Of a DNA stretch of 64,000 nucleotides, positions 54,246-64,000 are shown in pieces. The stretch is from Hyphochytrium catenoides. Taxonomy: Eukaryota > Protista > Hyphochytriomycota. Below the pieces are notes generated by a model. That model made no database searches. It was not told where the DNA came from and worked only from the letters and a program-made list of their open reading frames with translations. Location: positions 124,001-188,000 of the forward strand of contig FLMG01000265.1 of assembly GCA_900088475.1 (NCBI GenBank), written 5' to 3'. Each line of letters opens with the position of its first letter. The first letter of the stretch is position 1. The position numbers were made by a program, and so were the translations under genes.

Positions 54246-54822
54246 GTGTTGGACCAGCAGCTCTGGAGGTGCAGACAGGCAGTTTATAACCAACCCCACT
54301 CTCCCCTGCATCAGCTACGGCAAGTGCTGACCAAGTCAAATGGAATGACTGCAAACAGAGCCAAGCAGTCTAACGATTCCCGGACAGAGATCATCTCCTC
54401 TTGTCGCGCCATAGCTGGGGTCGATAGAGCTACTTCGGCGACATCGGGAAACCGTCTCCATCTGGGTAACGGCGAATAGAGCATCAGGACCACAGTCCGG
54501 TCGCTGGCTATCACACTAGCGTTAGAACGAATCAAATTAAGGCTTTGTTTCACTTCGTTCCATCTTGCATGTGTTAGCCCCACAAGGAACGCGTGGTTTT
54601 TGTTTCGAGTCTGCTTAGACCACCTGCTTCCTAGTGATTTCTCGCTAGTGGGGCCTACAGTGATACCTCATGCCTGGGTACAGATCGGGTAGCAACCCTT
54701 CCGGTGACTGTTATTGCGTATACGACTACGGTTAGACTTCTATCTGCTGGGTAGCCTTTATTCAACTTGTAGTGGTAACCAGCGCAAGGACGGGACACTC
54801 GACGTCAAGTACGACGCTGATT

Positions 54823-56086
54823 ATGGCATCCACAATCGAATGGCTGGAGGTCATCAAAGAGCTTAATGCTGGTACCATTGCTGGGTACGTCTTCATGAGT
54901 TTTCTCCCCATAAATGGCACATCAAACCTATTCTCAACCCATCCCTCTAGGGTAGCAGGAATTGTGGCGGGGCAACCTTTCGATACCATCAAAGTGCGGC
55001 TTCAGACGCAAGCTGAAGCTCTGCGAAACTATATTAGCCATAGTCATGTGCCCGCCGTATATCGGGGGCCTTTCCACTGCTTTCACGACATCATTCGTTC
55101 TGAAGGAGTTAGGGGCCTCTATAAGGGCATGGTAAGGAACTCTCAGGACTGCCATGGGACCCCGGGCATGCATCTGACGTAATTTGTGCTCAATACACCG
55201 TAACTCTCCAGTTCTCTCCCATCATATCCAATGCGCCGATAAACGCTGTGGTTTTTGGTGTCTATGGACAGATCATCAGGCAGTTCAGCACCACTGACGG
55301 CGCCCCCGAGCCTATTCATCACTTTATTGCGGGCGCTGCAGCAGGCTTTGTGCAGACGATATTCTCCGCCCCTGCCGAACTCATCAAGATCAACCTCCAA
55401 GTTGATCGTTCCACACAGAAACAGAGTGCGGTGCGACGCGGTCAACAGCTGGTAGGTGAACTTGGAGGTCCAAGTGCCTTGTGCCTTGTATGACATCCTT
55501 TCCTCCATAGGTCCGGAAGCATGGCTTTGTAAGGGGCCTCTATCATGGTTGGGGTCTTACTGCTCTTCGCGATGCTGTAAGTAAAACTAGGCTCTTGGAA
55601 GCTGACAGGGCTAAACCTGACATCAGTTGTTCTCTGTCGCCGTAGCCTGCTTTCGGCGTATATTTTTACTCGTATGATTATGGCAAGAGATGGCTGGCAG
55701 AATATAGAGGTGTCCAGGATGACTTCAATGCTTTCGTCTCTGGAGGAATGGCAGGGACCTTATCATGGGCGTTGTTGCATCCCATTGACGTCCTCAAGAG
55801 TCTTTACCAAGTACAATGTGCTTCGAAGCGAACGAAGACCAAGGAGATTGTACAACGAAACTTTAGCGAAGCGGGGCCGCGGTATGTGTTACCATGGTCT
55901 CCCTTGCCAATGTTGTCACTACTAATGCCTCCTCCTCATTCTCCGTCACATCAACGATGCCTTCCGAACCTCCTATTTAGCTTCCTGATGAATGGCTTTG
56001 GTGCTACGTGCCTGCGTGCCTTTCCTGTCAGCGCTGTCACCTTCGTGGTATACGAGAAAATTGTCGCGTATTTGAATAAGAAATAA
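54823..56086 (+). CDS. Mitochondrial carrier (SLC25; carnitine/basic amino acid carrier-like)
   Basis: Three carrier signature repeats: QPFDTIKVRLQ, APAELIKINLQ and HPIDVLKSLYQ; EGVRGLYKGM; LRAFPVSAVTFVVYE. Confidence 0.9.
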
Positions 56087-56118
56087 CTAGACTGACTTAA
56101 ATAAACTGGGTGTTTCTT

Positions 56119-59100
56119 CTATCTCCGCATTCCGTCTCCCCTACCTCCGAACCGGCCGCGTGCTCTTGGGTCATGGATCGGTGAGGGGCCTCGGGGATGG
56201 GGTGGGCCTTGATAGCCAGAACCTCCCATTTGTCCGGGCCCCGCCTCGAATGGTCTTTTCTGTCCTGAACCACCTCCTGCTGCCCATCCCGGACCTCTCT
56301 GTCTATCAAACGAAGGCTGGTTGTAGCCTGCTTGCTGTCCATAGTTGCCTTGCTGGGCATACCCCTGGTTTTGGGCGTAGCTCGGCTGCTGACTGTGGCC
56401 TTGTTGCTGTCCAAACCCAGCCGTGTGATTTTGAGTCTGCCCATATCGAGCTTGTTGGCCCTGGGCTACTGCATAACTTGGCTCTTGATTGGGTTGCTGA
56501 CCGTAGCTTTGTTGCTGTTGGGCAGCCTGGGAGCCGTACTGTGGTTGCTGCGTATAACCTTGTTGACTACCCCGCCGTCCATAAGCACTTTGCGGAGTGT
56601 GGGCCTGTTGTTGACTTTGCTGATGCCCATATACCAGATGTTGCTGCCCCTGTTGCTGCGAGTAGGTTTGCTGCCTCTGCTGACCACTTGCATAAGTGCT
56701 TTGAGATAATTGTGCAGGTGGCTGTATGTAGCTGCCTGCCGTATTTTGGTGCTGTTGAGACCCAGAATAAGTTAAATTGCCCAAAGGCAATGCTACAGGT
56801 TGACTAGAATACTGAGAGGCAGCCTGGACGCCGGCTCCAGTTACTTGCTGCTGCGGCTGGGCCAGCGATGCGGGCGGAGTCGGAAGGGCAGCAAAATTTT
56901 GCTGGCTTCTAAGGTCTGCATCACTCTTTCCTGGTACGAATGGGCCGTTCTGAGGGGCAGGCGCCAATCCTCCCTGGGACGTGGGATTGGGGCATTCTGA
57001 CTTCCAGTGCCCTTTCTGCCCACACCGATGACATACGTAATGAGGCGGAGGTTTATTTGCCTCGGGGCAGTCCTGTATAAAATGCCCGGGAATCCCGCAC
57101 CTCTTGCACACGTAGCCTTCACGGGGCACCTTTCGAAGAGAGTGGTTTCGGTAAGCACATTAGGGGTGTGGTCAAAAGCTCCCAAGAAAAGGATAAAAAC
57201 GAAACATAGCAAGGGTTCAGCTAACCTTTTTCTCTGGTACTGAGGTAGTTTGACTTCCACCTGGACCTGCTTGACTGAAGGTTGAGTTAGGGCATTCCTG
57301 AATCCAGTGACCCTTCTGTCCGCATCGATTGCAAGTATAGCCATCTGGAGGCGGTCTCCTCCCCCCCTAGACGCGTGCTGTGTAAGAAGCCCTCGCGGAG
57401 AAATTACTCTCAGGTCAGAAACGAAAAGGAACATACCTTTGACCCCGATGCACCCGGGGCTAGCGATCCTGACCTGGCATTACTGTTGTCCATCCCACCC
57501 ATACCGGGGATCATAGGGACATTGGAGCCGCCGGCCGCTTTTATGCCTTGCTGAGCCTCAGCAGCTTCAAAAGTCAATCCATGTCCTATAGGATAGAGCA
57601 GATAGAGATGGCGTTAAGTTGGGATGGGAATAGGTTCCATATACCAAGTTCTCCTACCTGCGACGTTGACCCCTGCATCCATTCCAAACATATGATGCTC
57701 TTGCTCAGAAAGGTCTGCGTTATATCTATCTTCAAACGCATCGCCGGGCCGATTCCGGCACCAGAACTTCGTTGTATGGTCATTGCTGCATAAGTGATAT
57801 GGAGTACGCATAGTCATTGGGTTGCGGCATAGATCTACGAGCCAACAGAAGATGACTTTACCTGCCAGTTGCAAGGACGTGGCCCATAGGGTGCCAAGCG
57901 ATGTCCCATATGGCATTGTCGTGAGCGTAGTCAACCCTAGCAAGAGGCTTCTCCTCACTAGTTATGGGAAACATTAGGATGGAGGGGATCTACAAGATGG
58001 TGTTTCTTGCTTCGTACCCGACGTTCCAGAACACTAGAGACCCATCAAAGCCTCCACTCACGAACATCGACTCATGCCAGGGATGCCACGCTATTGCCGT
58101 GACCTCTCTGCTATGCCCTCTCAACGTGGCCATCTCTTTCAGGGTTCGGATGTCGTAGAGCTTGATGAGCTGGTCTCTACTGCCTGTGAGTAGCCAATGA
58201 CCATTCAGGCTCCAAGACACCTTAAGCACCGTATTCTTGTGACCATGGAGCGTATTAAGACTGAGAGCCGGCAAAAGGAGGCAACAGAGAGTGAGAAGGT
58301 ATAGGTGAAAGCAGGCTCTAAAGGAAGCAAGCGACGCAGAATGGAGGACGGATCTCACAATATATGCCAAGTATCGTGTGCCTTTAGTGTAAAGCCAAGC
58401 GTTCAACATACCTCGTGCCCGACCGAGGGTCCCATAACTTTACTAGGTTATCCTTACTTCCTGAAGCTAGGAGTGCCTTGTGGGGATGGTATGCGACACA
58501 CTTCACGTCCCAGCCGTGTCCAGTCAAAGTTCTTTCCTCAGTCCCTATTTTTACACCACATCAGCCTTTTGACAACCCAAAACCACCATGTTGGAGACAA
58601 CCTGATTCGAAGTTCCAGATCTTCACAGTGGCATCGTCTGAGCATGATACGAACTTGGAATCGTTAGGGGAGAAGCTGAGAGAACGAATGGCCTCTCTGC
58701 ATCAACGGCTAATCAGCATAATTGCTAGCGGTCTACATCCATGCAGGTTTGCCTACCCGTGAGCCTGTATCTTCTGCATATTTGTCATACTCGACTGCCA
58801 ATAACGAATGACTCCTCCATGGTCAGCAGTAACAAGCCAACTATCCGAGTGGCTCCATACCATGGCCCGAACAGCGTCATCATGGGCCTGGAAAGGTAAA
58901 GAGTTTTCGACCCCTTAAACATAGCTAAGATTAACTACCAAGCGCAGTAGTAGATTTCTGACCTGAAGAATGGTCTCAAAGTTAAAGGCTAACCCATTCC
59001 ATAAAGTGAACTCGCCACTGCTGTTCCCGGTGATCAACCGTCGACCTTCAGGAGTCCAGACCAGGGCGTTGACAGGACATCGTTGCTTGTTGATGGATGT

Positions 59101-59444
59101 CCTGCAGAAGTGTGTCGTAACGCTGTTAATTGGATCTGCTGGGTATGTCATTGGTGGTACCAAAAACCAGCTATAAGTGCTATGAGGTATGAGAACTGGC
59201 GCGTTATGGGCATCATGATGTCTCAGACGATTCATAGCGTATCTGTACACAAGGCAGGATTAGAGAGGGCCACTGCGGACGGAGTGAACGGGAATCAATA
59301 GAAGAACCTGATGATTGTTGGGCCCGGATCTATAGACTTTCGAACTATCCGCTTTCGCATGCGCTTTCCATCATATACGATGCGCTCACGCATTTGGAAT
59401 GGCATGCCGTCATCGGCATCCCCATGTGTGAGGTAGTCCGCCAT
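56119..59444 (-). CDS. WDR33: Polyadenylation factor WDR33/Pfs2/FY (WD40) with C-terminal zinc knuckles and Q/G-rich RGG tail
   Basis: [16 protein letters not shown]; [45 protein letters not shown]|AHD; [17 protein letters not shown]; [17 protein letters not shown]; [14 protein letters not shown]. Followed by three CCHC knuckles. Confidence 0.92.
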
Positions 59445-60293
59445 TTCAATATGAGTATCTGGACCCAGGTCAAGCAGAAGGATAGCCAACTTGCTATCAG
59501 AACCAGTGCAAAAGCGGTACTTGTACTCAAGGGCTATAGGCACGTAGCTTGTACCTTTCGAACTTCCTTATACGCTGAGTGCTGACAGACCTCAGGTCGA
59601 AGTATAAAGCAGACGAAGAATCTGTCCATAGGATGCAGAACTATTGCGGCTCCAAAAATCACCTCTGCAGTTCGGGAAGGATTGCAGTGATGGAGCTGCA
59701 ACCCTGCAACAGCGTCACTGCCGAAAGTAAGTTCCTATGATACGAAAGTAATTCAACAGTAAGAGTCCCATTAGGGACGGTAACGGCCTTCAGGCTTAGC
59801 CAACCTAGGTCAGTTCTTGAACAACAACGATGGTGGCTTTCTGTAATGTGAATTTGTGTGTGTGTAACGCCCTTGCCATGATTGCCGATATGTTGCGAAA
59901 AAATATTGTGGCATCAGAACATGGCCGTGAGAATTCCTAATAGTCTAAGGGGTGTTAGCCTGATCGCTGCCGGACTGTTGCAGAGAGAGCTTCATCCGCA
60001 CATTCTTCCGGTCTGGTTGACGGCATGGTCGTGATGATACCAGCCAGGCAGAGAGGGAATAGGGCTTCCCAAAGGGCACATCGCTGATTCTATACGGGAT
60101 CCGCGGTAGCAGCCAGAAGCGGAAGAGTGGGGCCAAGAGTGGCCTGACAGAAGTTCGGGAGCACGAAGTGCATGCCTTACAGGATTCTCTGGACCTTTCT
60201 GTTGAGTTCCTAGCTTCTAGGCTTGGTATTGTCGACACAGGTTGTTTAAGCTGTACAATTTTAAGTTGAGACAAGCTCAGCGAAGGGCAGACC

Positions 60294-62575
60294 ATGTCGT
60301 TCATGACTCCGGCTGAGGATTATGTTGGGGAGGATGAAGAGCATATGCTTGTCTCCAAGCCGGCGGTGTCCTCAAGCCTAAAAACCACTTTATCAGGCTT
60401 CATGGCAGATGTAAGACCCATCAAACTGATTCTCAAGAAGCTAACCTAGGTACCCACTTCTAACCCTCCGCTACTTATCAGAATTTCCCAAAACAGAGCC
60501 TCCCGAAACTTCAGAAAATTATGAAGGGTAGAAGCAGAAGCGACCTATCGCTTCGTCGTCCTAGGCAGGAGGAATTGGCTGACCAGAACTGTGGGAGTGA
60601 TGCCGAACCGCTTATAAAGGTCCATTCAATGAAGAAATTTCTAGAGGGCAAAGTTGGCGCAATAAGTGGAACTTGGGTAGCCCAGGCGCCGGTCGCCGAT
60701 GGTGGTGGCGACATACATGTTGGTCGGCGATGGGTGCCAAGAGTGAGTCAGGAACGAAGTGAATCTCCTGATCGCTTGGGACAGTACCAATCTCAAGACA
60801 AAGTCATTGATGTCCAAGCAAGGGGGGCATGCCCTTATCTTCTAGAGAAACAGCCCGGCAACGTGAGCTTCTTGGTTGTCGGCTACACCGAAGGTCCATT
60901 AATAGGGATACCACAGTAAGGCCCCTTGCTCGTTTTACTCGTTAAGTTGTGGCTGACCTTAACTCTGTCAAGGGTCAAGGTGGGGGACTTGTTAGTCTGC
61001 ATCAATGGGGAGACATGTGACGGTCTCTCACAAAGCGAGGTAAGGCAGTCGTTTATCAGCACACTATTCAGCTCTAAGGTCAAAACTGCCTGCACTTACT
61101 TCGATAGATGGATGCCAAATTGAAGGCATTAGCCAACGATTCTAGGCAGGCATATTACTTAACCTTCAAAAGGCACTCCAACAGTGGCTCCCTTGGTGAG
61201 AGAGTTGGTGAGGCGCTTGACTTCATTCAGCTCAATAAGGAGCGTTTTTTTCGCCCAATCAGTCGATCTGAGGGGCTGACTTTGGTAGGTGTGGGCTAAC
61301 GCCGATCCTGGGATAGAGTAACATATGCCTAACTCTTTTGACTGTATCCTTTAATAGGGCTATGTAGAGCGCCTGAGGGGCGACAAAGTAACAGCCTTTC
61401 ATCTGCATAGACAAGATACTGGAGAGGTACGGCTGTTGATCTTTACTGGAGTGTCGCAGATCGATGACCTTATGCTCCTGTACGGAAGTTTATCTTGGCG
61501 TGCAGTTGTAAAGCCGACATGACGGGACCTTTCATTTTCCACACATCGCAGAATAGTCATCTCCGCACCATGAAGGAATTGCTGCAACTTCCTGGCAGGT
61601 GTGACACATTAACAATCTTGGCTCGCTAGCACTTTGCAACTCACATCACTATGAAAGTGCCACGTACCTAGGCTCCATGTCTGAAAACTTTTTGGGTACG
61701 GAATTTGCCATTCAGGATCACAGGTCGGGCTATAACCCAAAGACAGAGGAGGTAAGATGAGCGAGAGCAACGTAAATGACTGTGTGGCACTAAAGGAGAC
61801 CGAACATAGCGCACGGATATCGCTGTCATTATTTATCAGAGAAATGTGTTGGGCCGCTGCCCAAATGCACTCAAGGTATGATCCGGGACTAACATAGCCA
61901 GGCTCTGGGTTGGAGCTCACCCTCTTACTGCTCTCCGGTAGCTTATACTCCCGCGAGAGAGTGATCAGGCGAAGCGCAGGGTCTATGTGCCAGCGAGGCT
62001 TAGAGACGAGCGTCGTAGAAGGACGACTAGTCATGTTCTTAGGAAGTTCAGGTCATTGACCCTGAATGATATGCGGACATTCGCCAAAGCCGTTACGAGC
62101 AGCAGCAGGTGAGCTTTACCATTCAGCTAGACGGGATGTAGAGCGGCCTAAAATCATCTTTATGAGCAGAGACTTCGCCGTTACCACCGGAAGCGAGGCT
62201 TCATCTTCCACCTTCGACGATGTTTTAAAGAGTACAGCAGCGGATTGCATCAAGCACTATGACGCAGTCGTTCAGAACGAATCTGAAGAGCTATTTATAT
62301 TTCAGACACGAAAGCCAACCTGGAATAGTGATCTTCGAGCTTGGACCTTGAACTTCGGCGGTCGTGTAAAGCAAGCGTCCAAGAAGAATTTTTTGATTAG
62401 CGGTGAAGAAGGAAACAGCAGGATGGAGGAAGAATTTGGGACCGACGACATCGTCTTCCGCTTTGGCAAGGTGAATAAGAATAAGTTTTCCTGTGACTTC
62501 AGCTATCCGTTCTCTCCTGTCGTCGCGTTAGGTACGGCAGTAACGTCTTTTGCCGACAAGCTAATAGTAACATAA
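60294..62575 (+). CDS. PDZ-like domain plus Tubby C-terminal domain protein
   Basis: PDZ-like VKVGDLLVCINGETCDGLS (~60975-61040). Tubby motifs FHLHRQDTGEFILA, YLGSMSENFLGTEF, KPTWNSDLRAWTLNFGGRVKQASKKNF and FRFGKV....FSCDFSYPFSPVVAL..A..SF..KL. Confidence 0.82.
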
Positions 62576-62602
62576 TCCTTAATACAATCTTTCAATCTTT
62601 CA

Positions 62603-63819
62603 TCAGTCTTTTTTAGCAACGTCAATCCCTAAGCTGTACCTTTCCACTATGTCAAGAAAGGCTAAAAGCTCCCCTGATCTTATGCATGATGCGGTGCCTT
62701 CAATATACTGAACTGCTTCATGCTTGTCGGGCTGGGGGTTTACAACCCCTTCTACAACTCCGATAGCACCACTGTCCCTGATGATTGGACCTCCGCACAT
62801 CCCCCAGCCCATAGGTTTATCTGTTCTAATAAATAGCTGGTGGTCCGTAAAAGCTGCTATCTGCCCCGACATTTCTTTAGGAATCTGGGCCAAAGGACGA
62901 GAAGGATCTAGATCAGAAAGGGTCTGGGGAGGGGGAAAAACGAGACAGCTGGGCTACCTGAACTCTTGTGTCCTGTTGACTCTCTGGGACACTACCGCTT
63001 TCTGAGATCTCATGTCCTACACATTGAACGATCTAGGACGATATGACATTAAGCAGCGCCCCATTGAGTATGACTTGAGGGGTGCCCTCACCTCCTCGTG
63101 CTTCACTGGCAACAGGTCTAGGGTAAGAGGCTGAAGAGGACTTCCAGAGGCAGACAGCTGCCTGTTTAGCTCCACCTAATACCAGTCACGGTAAGGTTGA
63201 GAATGTTAAGGTCTCTTCTGCACTACACGGCGTTTCCTACCTCGTCCTCGAAATGAACCACCGCAAGGTCACGAGAAGGATGAGTAAAGACCTTCCTTGT
63301 TAGCGGCACCTCAAGGAGAATTTGACCAGTCTCTACCTACAGGGGCGGAGCGCTTCAGTAAATAGATCCAATAAGATACGAGAACCGCAAATCTCGTGGA
63401 GCTAGCACCTCACGGAACTCCACAGTCATCCGAGTGTGGGACTCATTGACATGCTGGAGCCAAGACCAGACATCTTTGAAATATCGCTCATAGAGCCATG
63501 GAGATGTCACATGCGCTGACGTGATCAGGTGCAATCGCTTCGGAAACACCTCGCGATTGCGGCTTACACAAAACGCTGATGCCCTACACGTCATACCAGT
63601 TGGCAAGATAGTACCTTGGAGAAGAAAACACACCAGCCTAGATACAGCTCTTTAGATAAGTACCTGGATAGAATCTCAAAGTCCTGCATGCCAAAAGCCG
63701 GCTGTTTGAACCTTGATAACGGTGCATCAGAAGCCAGGACATTTAGTCAGGGCCATGAGTCCTTACCATGTAGATATTGAAACGACATGCCTCAGAAGGC
63801 CTTTCCTACTAATCTCCAT
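62603..63819 (-). CDS. Trypsin/chymotrypsin-fold (PA clan) peptidase with Cys at the nucleophile position, 7 exons, ~270 aa
   Basis: Spliced product MEISRKG..FEILSRASAFCV..LITSAHV (His 63511-63513)..FTHPSRDLAVVHF (Asp 63268-63270)..GWGMCGGPII (Cys 62795-62797)..AIGVVEG. All six introns are GT-AG and preserve frame. Confidence 0.8.
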
Positions 63820-64000
63820 GGCACCAGGAGTAGACTTGAAGCCTGTTGCACCCTCAACAGATCACGGAAACTCGACCCTGGGCTACACAGACGTGAACGA
63901 TTCCTCTGAAACCTATCAATAAAGTAAGGCCAGACAACAAGCAAGCTCCGGACAGCTCTCCGGACTATTCGCCTTCGTTTCGAAGCTTTCAGAGCTTACT

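Noticed and set aside
54085-54625. SRP-like CAGG..AGCAG and tRNA-like TTCGAGTC motifs
   Set aside because: No GNRA-capped helix 8 and no cloverleaf can be formed.
13538-59444. Apparent clustering of RNA-processing genes (RS protein, CYP-SYF2, WDR33)
   Set aside because: They are separated by unrelated genes and are compatible with chance in a compact genome.
1-64000. Alternative genetic code or introner elements to explain the fragmented ORFs
   Set aside because: The in-frame stops I checked fall within GT-AG introns, and the introns share no repeated sequence.

Overview
This is gene-dense eukaryotic nuclear DNA, not prokaryotic. Coding regions are split by many short GT-AG introns (mostly ~45-100 nt, often with CTRAC/CTAAT branch sites), so the ORF track shows exon fragments and antisense shadows. 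Domain content suggests a protist, probably stramenopile/SAR (inference). Manual splicing gives about 13 genes: an acyltransferase, a threonine-synthase-like enzyme, an LRR-IQ-B-box-WW protein, an RRM/RS protein, a ~23 kb RCC1-SPRY-HECT giant, a cyclophilin-SYF2 fusion, adenylate kinase, a coiled-coil protein, an intron-containing NPPY-type methyltransferase, a mitochondrial carrier, WDR33/Pfs2, a PDZ-Tubby protein and a trypsin-fold protease. I found no rRNA, tRNA, CRISPR array or transposon. The most notable candidates are: (1) a cellular trypsin-fold protease with a His-Asp-Cys triad (GMCGGP, 3C-like); (2) a phage/giant-virus-type N6-adenine methyltransferase domain in a spliced host gene; (3) WDR33 fused to three Mpe1/RBBP6-type zinc knuckles; (4) a HERC-like giant whose HECT domain appears to lack its catalytic Cys. 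All exon boundaries were read by eye and need transcript confirmation.
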